From Candidatus Omnitrophota bacterium (GTDB taxonomy: Bacteria; Omnitrophota; Gorgyraeia; Gygaellales; Profunditerraquicolaceae), in the NCBI GenBank assembly GCA_040754615.1, contig JBFMBZ010000044.1, positions 1 to 60,066 on the forward strand: 60,066 bases of DNA, read 5' to 3'. The notes below the pieces were generated by a model. The model saw only the letters and a program-made list of their open reading frames with translations. It did no database searches and was not told the DNA's origin. How positions within the stretch are numbered: the first letter of the stretch is position 1; every line of letters starts with the position of its first letter. Of this stretch, positions 49,556 to 57,993 are shown piece after piece. The position numbers were made by a program, and so were the translations under genes.

Positions 49556-51385
49556 TTAGGCCTGGGGCTTTCCAAATGCATCTTCAAGTGCCTGCTCAAC
49601 CACGTCTATATCCCAAAGGTGGCTAATAAGCTCTTCTCTGATTCTTTCGCTAGAAAACCCTTCGGATTTTTTTTGCCGGATAAAACCGTCCAGGATACTA
49701 AGGTTATACTTCTGGTGGGCGTCAAATAATTGGGTAACCGGCTTCTCTTCGCTGCTTCGGTTCAAGAAGAATGAAACCAGCGCCAGGATAAACGGAATAA
49801 GCATAATAAAAACGGCGCTGGAGAATAAATACAGGGAGCTCTTTCCCAGAAAATAGGCCGCTACTCCCCAGAAGGCATCAAAGAGGTAATGCGCGGTCAA
49901 TACGGGCAAAAGTCCGAACCTGATAAAAATATAGCCGAATAATAAGCCTAATAAGGTTACCTCAAGGCCCCTGAACCAGACCGGGAATATGGCATAAATC
50001 GTGTGGCCGAACCCCCAGACAAGCGCGGAAAAAATAATGCCGAGCAATAGGCTTTTAAAATATTTATTTGCCCAGTTTATGCCGAAAAGCCTGAATATTA
50101 TCTCTTCGTTAAACGCGGCATTTAGCGCAAGTATTAATGCAGTGAGAAAAGGAAAGTATGCCGAAGAGAACTGCACCAGGCTCTGCCATTCTTCCCAGAC
50201 CCCGAGATAGCGCTGGCCGAAATCAAATATGGCCGCCTGAAAACCTAGCAGGATGAAAAATAACAAATAGCCCAATATCAGGCCGGCTGTTGCGCTGCGG
50301 CAGAAAAACGAGCTCTTTATGTAATGAAGAAGGGAGCTTTCTTTCAATTCCGGCATCCTCTCGTTACGCAGGAACTCACCGGCAAGCCCGGGGAAGATGA
50401 CCGATACGCCGAAAACTATCACGTTAGGCAGGAGCCTGCTGATATAAAGCCAGATGTAGGAAGCAAGGCTTGAGCTGGTCGGATAATTTATGAGCAGGTT
50501 TTGTATATTGTTTAATACATAGACTAAGTTGGCCGCAGCCAAAAATACCCCGATATAAATATATGGCGACTTAGAGATTTTTATTGCCAGGGTGTGCTTA
50601 TTCCTTATGACTATGACAATGGAAATGAGTATAAAGAAAATGAAGATGATAAATGAAAAACTGGAAAGGTATTCGCCGAAGAGAAGCTGATTTTCTATAT
50701 AGCGCTGGAATTTCTCCGGGATGTCCAGTTTATTTATAAAGAATTCCCTCACTTCATTTCCGGAGACGGTTGCACCCATTAACAACTTGGCGCCGCCCTT
50801 ATCTTCTTCCCAGGGGATATACACCCCTCTCTTCTCCCAGAAGAAGCTATAGTCGGTCCTCTGGTCAAGCTTCCTTGCTTCTTCTCTGTGGAAATCGTAA
50901 TTATCCAGCGTCAGTCCGTAATATTCTTTCAGGAACTCCCGGGCCTTGTTTCTGGCTGCTTCTTTTGAGGCCTCTTCCCTGGGCTCTATATCTTCTATGA
51001 GATGGGTAAAATTTAATATCTTTGCCGTTTTTGAGCCGACCTTAAAGATATACTCCTCTTTCTCAAATTCCTTAAAGAACCTTATATACCAGTAAAAGAT
51101 TTCGTATTGCTCTTTTCCTAAAAATTCCTCCTCCTTTTTAAATCCGATTGTCTTCTGCAAATACCGGTCAGCCCAGGCATCCTGATCAAATATAACCGCT
51201 ACCTTGTAATCTTTGGCATTTACGCCGAAGGAGGCAAGATAATCTGTTGCTTTGGCAAGGGCAGATTTTCTATCAACGGATAAATCAACAGAAATAAAAC
51301 GCGGGTAGCCGAATTTATACCAGAGGCAGAAACAAAAAACCGCCGCAAGGATAAAAAACAACCATTTTCTGGCAGTCATCTTCAT
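49556..51385 (-). CDS. CPBP-family intramembrane glutamic endopeptidase (CAAX protease-like) with large N-terminal extracytoplasmic domain
   Basis: NEEIIFRLFG (EExxxR), WGFGHTIY (FxxxH) and AHYLFDAF (HxxxD) in the C-terminal TM bundle. The ~220-aa N-terminal domain follows a signal anchor. Confidence 0.75.
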   Translation of the reverse strand: MKMTARKWLFFILAAVFCFCLWYKFGYPRFISVDLSVDRKSALAKATDYLASFGVNAKDYKVAVIFDQDAWADRYLQKTIGFKKEEEFLGKEQYEIFYWYIRFFKEFEKEEYIFKVGSKTAKILNFTHLIEDIEPREEASKEAARNKAREFLKEYYGLTLDNYDFHREEARKLDQRTDYSFFWEKRGVYIPWEEDKGGAKLLMGATVSGNEVREFFINKLDIPEKFQRYIENQLLFGEYLSSFSFIIFIFFILISIVIVIRNKHTLAIKISKSPYIYIGVFLAAANLVYVLNNIQNLLINYPTSSSLASYIWLYISRLLPNVIVFGVSVIFPGLAGEFLRNERMPELKESSLLHYIKSSFFCRSATAGLILGYLLFFILLGFQAAIFDFGQRYLGVWEEWQSLVQFSSAYFPFLTALILALNAAFNEEIIFRLFGINWANKYFKSLLLGIIFSALVWGFGHTIYAIFPVWFRGLEVTLLGLLFGYIFIRFGLLPVLTAHYLFDAFWGVAAYFLGKSSLYLFSSAVFIMLIPFILALVSFFLNRSSEEKPVTQLFDAHQKYNLSILDGFIRQKKSEGFSSERIREELISHLWDIDVVEQALEDAFGKPQA

Positions 51386-51386
51386 T

Positions 51387-52016
51387 CTATTTTGAATGCT
51401 CTTTTAAGAAATCAGCCATTTTGTTTTCCGGCTCACATTTTAGAGTTAAGGTTTTTTTGGTTACAGGATGCGTAAATTTAAGAAAAAAGGCGTGCAGGCA
51501 AAGCCTTTTTGCCTTGATATCAAAGTCGCGGCCAAAGGCAAACTTCCTCTCCCCTAAAAGAGGATGGCCGATTTCTTTAAAATGAATCCGGATCTGGTTT
51601 GTGCGCCCGGTTAAGGGCCTGGCTTCCACAACCGTAAAACCATTTTTTCTCTCTAAAACGCTGTATCCGGTAATTGCGCTCTGGCCGGAAATTTTATTCC
51701 TGATGGTGCCTTCGTCTTTGGGTAAGGCGCCCCGTACAAAGGCAAGGTATTTCTTCTCTACCCTACCCTGTTTAAACTCTTCCATCATCTTTTTCTGCAG
51801 GGACTTTCCTTTGGCATAAATGATTAAACCCGAAGTCTCCTTATCCAGCCGGTGACAGGGATGAAGCCGGTAAGGAATGCCTTTTGCGGATAATTCTGCG
51901 TTAACGATACTTGTTAGTGTGCGAATTTTCTGGTTAGGAGAAGGTATGGTAAGTAAGCCGTAAGGTTTATTAAAGACTATGAGCCCCTCATCTTCGTAAA
52001 CAACCGGGATATTCAT
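51387..52016 (-). CDS. RluA-family pseudouridine synthase (no S4 domain)
   Basis: HRLDKETSGLIIYAK catalytic Asp motif and GRTNQIRIHF motif. Confidence 0.85.
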   Translation of the reverse strand: MNIPVVYEDEGLIVFNKPYGLLTIPSPNQKIRTLTSIVNAELSAKGIPYRLHPCHRLDKETSGLIIYAKGKSLQKKMMEEFKQGRVEKKYLAFVRGALPKDEGTIRNKISGQSAITGYSVLERKNGFTVVEARPLTGRTNQIRIHFKEIGHPLLGERKFAFGRDFDIKAKRLCLHAFFLKFTHPVTKKTLTLKCEPENKMADFLKEHSK

Positions 52017-52020
52017 AACA

Positions 52021-52941
52021 CTATATAATCTTAAGCATCCTGTCTATCGCCAGCTTCGCTTTCCGGCGCACTTCGTCAGGGACCCTGACCTCCTGCTTCA
52101 ACTCTTCCATGGCCCAGAGTATCTTCTCCTGGGTAGTGCGCTTCATATTCGGGCAAACCGCCCGCTCCGAAGCAGGGTAAAATTCCTTGCCGGGGTTATC
52201 CGCTTTCAACCGGTAAATCAGGCCCACCTCCGTACCCACAATTATCTCCCTCGCCTCTGTCTCCCTGGCAAACTTACACATCTGGCTGGTAGAAAGCACG
52301 GCATCAGCCAATTCTACAACCTTAGGCAGGCATTCCGGATGGACAATCACCTTTGCAAAAGGATGGAAACTCCTCTCCCGCTTAATATCTTCCGGCAATA
52401 TCTTCACGTGCGTAGGGCAAAACCCATTCCAGAAGATTAATTTTCTTCCCGTTACTTTTGAAACATAATCCGCCAGGTACTTATCCGGGACAAAGATAAT
52501 TTCTTTTTCTTTTTTTAAGGCATTCACTACCGCTGCCGCGTTGGTAGAAGTACAGCAGTAATCCAGTTCTGCCTTAACTTCTGCGGAGGTATTCACGTAG
52601 CCTACCACTACTGCTTTAGGGTGTTCTTTTTTTAACTTCCTTAAGTCTTCGACGGTCATCATATTCGCCATGGGGCAGCCAGCATTTATATCCGGTACGA
52701 TGACTTTCTTCTCCGGGCATAATATTGAAGCTGTTTCAGCCATAAAATGCACGCCGCAGAAAACAATGACTTTCGCGTCGGTCTTTGCCGCCATCCGGCT
52801 TAGCTCCAGAGAATCGCCCCGGAAATCCGCGACATCCTGCACTTCAGGAAGCTGATAATTATGCGCCAGGATTATGGCGTTATGCTTCTGTTTTAAAATC
52901 TTGATTTTTTCTTCCAGGCCGTGGAATTTTCTTTTATCCAT
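52021..52941 (-). CDS. nadA: Quinolinate synthase
   Basis: ILAHNYQLPEVQDVADFRGDSLELSR, VFCGVHFMAET and HPEC are NadA hallmarks. 306 aa. Confidence 0.9.
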   Translation of the reverse strand: MDKRKFHGLEEKIKILKQKHNAIILAHNYQLPEVQDVADFRGDSLELSRMAAKTDAKVIVFCGVHFMAETASILCPEKKVIVPDINAGCPMANMMTVEDLRKLKKEHPKAVVVGYVNTSAEVKAELDYCCTSTNAAAVVNALKKEKEIIFVPDKYLADYVSKVTGRKLIFWNGFCPTHVKILPEDIKRERSFHPFAKVIVHPECLPKVVELADAVLSTSQMCKFARETEAREIIVGTEVGLIYRLKADNPGKEFYPASERAVCPNMKRTTQEKILWAMEELKQEVRVPDEVRRKAKLAIDRMLKII

Positions 52942-52942
52942 C

Positions 52943-54031
52943 TCAACTAAAAACCCTGTCGATTATCCCTCCTCCGACAACGGTCTCTTTATCGTAAAAT
53001 ACCGCAGACTGGCCGGGCGTAACGGCAAATTGCGGCTGTTTCAAACTGATTTTAATTTTCCCCTTTGACTTTAATATATATGCGGCTGCTTCCCTGTGAT
53101 TATACCTTATCCTTACCTTAAGGGCAACCCTCTTCTTTATGCTACTACCGACAAAATGCGCATCATGGACTATAAATTCTTTTTTTTCTGCCTCATCTTT
53201 TCTTCCCGCTACAATAGAGTTTTCCTTCGCGTCAATATTAGTTATGTATAAAGGGTAGCCTGCGGCCACCCCCAGGCCTTCACGCTGGCCGATAGTATAA
53301 TAAGCAATCCCCTTATGCTCACCCAAGATGTTGCCTCGCGTATCTAAAATCATCCCGGGCCTGTGGCCTGAATCCAGCCTCTCTTTTAAGAATTTACGGT
53401 AATCCGTATCTGCAAGAAAACATATCTCCTGGCTGGCGGGCTTCTCGGCCGTAGCTAAACCAAACCCCCTTGCTAATTGCCGCACCTGTTGCTTGGTATA
53501 ATTACCCAGCGGAAAAATTATGTGCCTGAGCTGCCTTTGATTCAGGCGATATAAGAAATATGACTGGTCTTTATGTTTGTCCTTAGCTTTTTTCAAAAAA
53601 TAGACGGGAGACCGGCGACCGGTAACCGGTGCCCGGGAAATCCTGGCATAATGGCCTGTGGCTAAGAATTTGGCGCCCAAAGAAAGGGCCTTTTTCAACA
53701 AAATATCAAATTTAAGGTGCTGGTTGCACCTTACGCAAGGGTTAGGGGTCCTGCCGAGCTTATATTCATTTATGAAGTTGTCTATCACAAACTCCTGCAG
53801 GGGCTTTCGCATATTGACTACATAATGCCTTATCCCTAATTTATGGCAGACGCGCCTGGCATCTTCTATGCCGGAAATACCGCAACAAGCAGGCTTCTTG
53901 CGCTCTGGGAAGTCAATAGAAAAACACATGGTCATCCCAATAACCTCATAGCCATGCTTTACCAATAAGGCAGCAGCTACCGAAGAGTCAACTCCTCCGC
54001 TCATTGCTACGGCAACCCGTTCTTTTCTCAT
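52943..54031 (-). CDS. mnmA: tRNA 2-thiouridine(34) synthase
   Basis: VAVAMSGGVDSSVAAALL PP-loop, GRTPNPCVRCN and ATGHYAR motifs. 362 aa. Confidence 0.9.
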   Translation of the reverse strand: MRKERVAVAMSGGVDSSVAAALLVKHGYEVIGMTMCFSIDFPERKKPACCGISGIEDARRVCHKLGIRHYVVNMRKPLQEFVIDNFINEYKLGRTPNPCVRCNQHLKFDILLKKALSLGAKFLATGHYARISRAPVTGRRSPVYFLKKAKDKHKDQSYFLYRLNQRQLRHIIFPLGNYTKQQVRQLARGFGLATAEKPASQEICFLADTDYRKFLKERLDSGHRPGMILDTRGNILGEHKGIAYYTIGQREGLGVAAGYPLYITNIDAKENSIVAGRKDEAEKKEFIVHDAHFVGSSIKKRVALKVRIRYNHREAAAYILKSKGKIKISLKQPQFAVTPGQSAVFYDKETVVGGGIIDRVFS

Positions 54032-54054
54032 CTTGAATTTTGGTATTATACCAT

Positions 54055-54093
54055 AAAAAAAGGGCGAGGTTCCGTTGTTTTGGCGCCTCGCCC
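54055..54093 (-). terminator. Intrinsic terminator after the cold-shock gene
   Basis: Minus strand: GGGCGAGG cgccaaaacaacggaa CCTCGCCC TTTTTTTAT. Confidence 0.7.
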
Positions 54094-54116
54094 CCTGTTT
54101 GGTTTTCGTTTGGAAG

Positions 54117-54317
54117 TTATATCTTTACTACGTTTTTAGCTTGATCACCCTTAGGGCCTTTTTCAACTTCAAACTCAACTTCCTGGCCTTCATTCAAGGT
54201 TTTATAACCGTCACCCTGAATTGCAGTATGATGTACGAAGACATCGCTGCCTGTGTCAGTAGTTATAAACCCGTAACCTTTCTGGTTGGAAAACCACTTT
54301 ACTTTACCTTTTGCCAT
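54117..54317 (-). CDS. Cold-shock protein (CspA family)
   Basis: [19 protein letters not shown] (RNP1 KGYGFI) and VFVHHTAI (RNP2). 66 aa. AGGAGG ribosome-binding site. Confidence 0.92.
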   Translation of the reverse strand: MAKGKVKWFSNQKGYGFITTDTGSDVFVHHTAIQGDGYKTLNEGQEVEFEVEKGPKGDQAKNVVKI

Positions 54318-54382
54318 TAGCTACTATCCTCCTTTCTACGACTTTAATAGTAAATCCTGCTTGCGGCAGGCAGGAATGGCAG

Positions 54383-54419
54383 AAAAAAACCGCAAGGCGA
54401 GCTACTTGTTGCCTTACGG
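54383..54419 (-). terminator. Terminator-like hairpin plus U7 inside the cold-shock gene leader
   Basis: Minus strand: CCGTAAGGC aacaagtagctc GCCTTGCGG TTTTTTT. It lies downstream of the predicted csp promoter and ~65 nt upstream of the ATG. Confidence 0.5.
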
Positions 54420-54455
54420 CTTTAAGATTCCACTCCCTTATTTACTACAAACAAA

Positions 54456-54483
54456 AGTATATATTCTAATTTATAATTGTCAA
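54456..54483 (-). promoter_or_regulatory. Sigma70-type promoter TTGACA-16 nt-TATACT for the cold-shock gene
   Basis: Minus strand: TTGACA attataaattagaata TATACT. Implies a ~130-nt 5' UTR. Confidence 0.5.
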
Positions 54484-54508
54484 GAAATAAATTGTATTTT
54501 TTCGGGCC

Positions 54509-55111
54509 TCAACGCCTGTTTCTGCGGCGGGTTCGCGCATCCTGGCCTGCTTCTTTGCCGATTGACTTTCTGTGCTCTATTTCATAACGCTTCTCTGCCT
54601 GTGCTTCCTCGCGGCTGACTACTCCGTCTTTATTGGTGTCCGCATGCCTGTATCTTTCCCCTTGCCGGTATTGCTCAGGCCTTTTCTGGACAGCATTTAA
54701 TTCATCTTTATCCAGCACGCCGTCTTTATTGGTATCGGCAGTATCAAACCTTTGGGCATCATAGCTTTCGCTATACGCTTCTTTAACAATGCCTCTCCTG
54801 TGTTCTTTTTCCCACTGCTTTTCCTGCTTTGCCTCATCCAGGCTGACTAATCCATCGTTATCAGTATCCGCGTGCCTGTATCTTTCATCATCCCAATACT
54901 TCTCCGGAAGGGTTTGGGCTGCAGTTAATTCATCTTTGCTCAGGAAACCGTCTTTATTGGTGTCAACGTTGTCAAATCTTTCCTGGTCATAAGCCTCATC
55001 ATAAGCTTCTCCTGCTTCGCTGACTGCCTCGCCTTCTTCCGCAAACAGGCTCACGCTAAATAATGCAGAAATAAATACTGCCCCCAAACACAAGAATATT
55101 CTCTTTGCCAT
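54509..55111 (-). CDS. Secreted EF-hand calcium-binding protein (four EF-hand loops, internal tandem duplication)
   Basis: Signal peptide MAKRIFLCLGAVFISALFSVSLFA. Loops DTNKDGFLSKDE, DTDNDGLVSLDE, DTNKDGVLDKDE and DTNKDGVVSREE. Start set at the ATG 7 nt after AGGAGG. Confidence 0.8.
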   Translation of the reverse strand: MAKRIFLCLGAVFISALFSVSLFAEEGEAVSEAGEAYDEAYDQERFDNVDTNKDGFLSKDELTAAQTLPEKYWDDERYRHADTDNDGLVSLDEAKQEKQWEKEHRRGIVKEAYSESYDAQRFDTADTNKDGVLDKDELNAVQKRPEQYRQGERYRHADTNKDGVVSREEAQAEKRYEIEHRKSIGKEAGQDARTRRRNRR

Positions 55112-55169
55112 CTTAGTCCTCCTTTTTTTCGTATTGTAACACAATCTTCCTGCTTGTCAATTACTTGAC

Positions 55170-56975
55170 TCACCACTCTAACCGTAAGCCCGCCTCCACC
55201 CACCTTCCCGGCTGGGGGATGCCTTCTATCTCCTGATATTCCACATTAAGAAGGTTATCCGCCCGGAGGAAAACCTGGGCGTATTTATTGAGGTTATAGC
55301 TAAAATGCGCATGCAAAAGAAACCAGCCGTCGCGCCGGGGCTTTTTCTTGTAGCTAAAGCCTACCGATTGATTTCCGAAAGGAAGATTAAAATTAAATCC
55401 GGCGTTCAAAAGATGCCTTATATAATTGGGCCCGTATTTATATAAATAGCCCTGGTCATAGGTGCGTTTATCTATATACGTATAATTGGCATCCAAGCCG
55501 ATATTCTTATGAATCTGTAATTTTATGGCCTCCTCTACTCCGGATACCACTGCCTCAGTAATATTCTCAACCTGCCACTGTGCCTGGGTGGCGCTACGCT
55601 TTATCCAGTCAATCAGGTCCTCTTCGTATCTGAAAAAGCCCGTAGTCTTCAACGTTAACTTATCTTTTTTATAACTATGCCCCATTTCGTAGCTTAACGA
55701 CTTTTCTGCGGACAATCCCGCGTTGCCCAGCGTGGTCGGGTCGTTATAGTATAATTCTGTAAAAGAAGGTATGCGCGTGCTCTTGGATATTCCAAGATGC
55801 ACTTTTGAATTTTTAGTCAGGCTGTACCTGAGCGTGCCTGAACCGGTATATACATTGTTAAAGTCATCAAAATCATCCAAACGAAAAGATAGGCCTAAAT
55901 CAAGATCGTTGCTTAATTCTTTACTCTCATCAAGAAAAATGCTCTTATGATTGCGGTTATGCTTGCCTAAGTTTGTGGAGTTGATGCGCTCTTCTCCATA
56001 CTCAATGCCCAGTCCCACCCTGCCTAATTGCCCGATCTGATCCTGAAAATAAAGCGACGGAGTGTACACGTCCGTCCGGTGGTGATTGAGGTAGCGGCTT
56101 CTTACTGTTGTTTTATCCAGGGCAAACTTATCAAAGTGCCTGCGCCATAAAAAATTCGGTTTAATGATGAATCCGTCTTTATCCAGATTAAAACCGGTGT
56201 TTAAAAGAAAAGTCTTTGTCCATTCCTTTGATAAAAAACCGCTTGCAGGCGTATAAAAGTCATAGGCGCCAAACTCCTTCTCCTGGTAACCGAGGTTAAC
56301 ATTAAATTCTCCCCCGGGAATGTCCAGGGAAGAGACAAAGGAAGCAATAAAGTTTTCAAAGTCCGTGTCTTCGTAAAAGCCGTCTGACTCTTTATTCTCC
56401 AGGGAAAATCTTACTCCCAGGTTATCTAATTTATCGCTTATGCTAAACAGCCCTGACTTTGCCTGATGCTCGCCAAAACTGCCCTGCAGGACTCTTTTTT
56501 TCTCCCCCGGCTTCTTAAGTATAAAGTTTATTGCGCCTCCAATAGCATCCGGCCCAAATACGGATGAGCTTACGCCGGGAATTACTTCTATCCTTTCAAT
56601 ATCTTCACTCGTTAAGGGGATATCTGAGTTATGGTGTGCGGTCTGAGGGTCATTAATGCGGCTGCCGTCGATTAAGACCAATACGCCCTGGAAGGTAGAG
56701 CCGCGCAAAGAATAATCGGTTTGTATGCCCGCCTTGAGGGCTCGGCTTTGTAAATCTACGGGAGAAAGGCCCAGCGCCTCAACCGGAGAATTGATAGCGT
56801 AATCATTGGAAGAGGCGTATTCCAGGTAGTAGGGCTCCAAAAGATGAACCGCCTCTTTAGTGACAATTATGGGCTCTAAATCAAAAAAATAATCCTCTTC
56901 GCAGAATAGAGGATTCAGCAAGCTAAGAAAAAAGGCCAACCCAAACAAAAGGCTGCGTTTGTAGTATTTTAACAC
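55170..56975 (-). CDS. TonB-dependent outer-membrane receptor
   Basis: Plug motifs IERIEVIPGVSSSVFGPDAIGGAINFILK, a long beta-barrel region and the C-terminal GLRLEW aromatic terminus. GTG start and a signal peptide. Confidence 0.85.
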   Translation of the reverse strand: MLKYYKRSLLFGLAFFLSLLNPLFCEEDYFFDLEPIIVTKEAVHLLEPYYLEYASSNDYAINSPVEALGLSPVDLQSRALKAGIQTDYSLRGSTFQGVLVLIDGSRINDPQTAHHNSDIPLTSEDIERIEVIPGVSSSVFGPDAIGGAINFILKKPGEKKRVLQGSFGEHQAKSGLFSISDKLDNLGVRFSLENKESDGFYEDTDFENFIASFVSSLDIPGGEFNVNLGYQEKEFGAYDFYTPASGFLSKEWTKTFLLNTGFNLDKDGFIIKPNFLWRRHFDKFALDKTTVRSRYLNHHRTDVYTPSLYFQDQIGQLGRVGLGIEYGEERINSTNLGKHNRNHKSIFLDESKELSNDLDLGLSFRLDDFDDFNNVYTGSGTLRYSLTKNSKVHLGISKSTRIPSFTELYYNDPTTLGNAGLSAEKSLSYEMGHSYKKDKLTLKTTGFFRYEEDLIDWIKRSATQAQWQVENITEAVVSGVEEAIKLQIHKNIGLDANYTYIDKRTYDQGYLYKYGPNYIRHLLNAGFNFNLPFGNQSVGFSYKKKPRRDGWFLLHAHFSYNLNKYAQVFLRADNLLNVEYQEIEGIPQPGRWVEAGLRLEW

Positions 56976-56981
56976 GCAGCC

Positions 56982-57009
56982 ATTATAATATAAGAAATTA
57001 GATTGTCAA
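56982..57009 (-). promoter_or_regulatory. Sigma70-type promoter TTGACA-16 nt-TATAAT for the TonB-dependent receptor gene
   Basis: Minus strand: TTGACA atctaatttcttatat TATAAT ggctgc GTG. The -35 box is embedded in AATCTAATT direct repeats. Confidence 0.5.
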
Positions 57010-57034
57010 TTAGATTAAATTTATTAGTTTACAA

Positions 57035-57991
57035 TTACCTGCAATGCACCACGTCCCCTGCCATCACTTTTTGCGTAAGACCGCTATCCTTCCTTACCAG
57101 AAGCCCTCCATCCTCATCAATATCAATGGCCCTTCCTTCTATAACTTGCTTCTGGCAATAAACTTTTACGTGTACGCCCAAAGTTACGTTATAATTACGC
57201 CACTGTTCTAAAATAGCAAAAGCCCCCTTTTTTTCAAAAAGCCCGTAATTCTTTTCTATATTGCGTAAGAGCTGCCTAAGCAGGCTTACGCGGTCTATCT
57301 CCTCTTTTTTTTGCTCCTTTAAAGAAGTGGCGCCGCTAATGAGCGACTTTTTCTCGTTATTCACGTTCAGGCCAATGCCTATAATAATAAACCCCACCCT
57401 ATCCATCTCTGCGCTCATCTCAGTAAGGATTCCGCCTACTTTCTTATGATGAATCAGTATATCATTAGGCCATTTTATCTGGCAGGAAAGCCCTGATTCC
57501 TCTTTTATGGCTTCGCATACGCTCACAGCTGCCAGTAGCGTAAGGATAGCTGCCTGCTGAGGAAGGATTTTTGGCCTTAAGATAAGGGAAAGGTATATGC
57601 CCTTGTATTTTGGGGAAAACCACACCCTGCCTAATCTTCCCTTCCCTTTCGTTTGCGACTCTGCCAAGACCAGGCTGCCGGAGGGGGCATTCCTTAACCC
57701 GAGTTCCATTGCAACATCCATTGTGGAAGGGATGCTGTCATGGTAATAAATCTGCTTTGCGATAAATTCCGTATTCAGGCCTCTCTTGACTTCAAAACCA
57801 AATAACCGGTCAGGAGAAGAGATAAGCTTATAGCCCAGATGCGGCACTGCCACGATATCATAACCTGCCTCTTTAAGCTCTTGAATGTGTTTCCACAGTG
57901 CCTGGCGGGAAATTCCTAACTTGTTTCCTATATGATCGCCTGAAACGTATTGCTCTTTTTGCCTTAAGAAATCCAGTATTTTTTCCTGCAT
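57035..57991 (-). CDS. birA: Bifunctional biotin--[acetyl-CoA-carboxylase] ligase / biotin operon repressor
   Basis: N-terminal winged HTH (ISRQALWKHIQELKEAGYDIV), the GKGRLGRVW biotin-binding loop and a C-terminal SH3-like domain. 318 aa. Confidence 0.9.
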   Translation of the reverse strand: MQEKILDFLRQKEQYVSGDHIGNKLGISRQALWKHIQELKEAGYDIVAVPHLGYKLISSPDRLFGFEVKRGLNTEFIAKQIYYHDSIPSTMDVAMELGLRNAPSGSLVLAESQTKGKGRLGRVWFSPKYKGIYLSLILRPKILPQQAAILTLLAAVSVCEAIKEESGLSCQIKWPNDILIHHKKVGGILTEMSAEMDRVGFIIIGIGLNVNNEKKSLISGATSLKEQKKEEIDRVSLLRQLLRNIEKNYGLFEKKGAFAILEQWRNYNVTLGVHVKVYCQKQVIEGRAIDIDEDGGLLVRKDSGLTQKVMAGDVVHCR

Positions 57992-57993
57992 GG

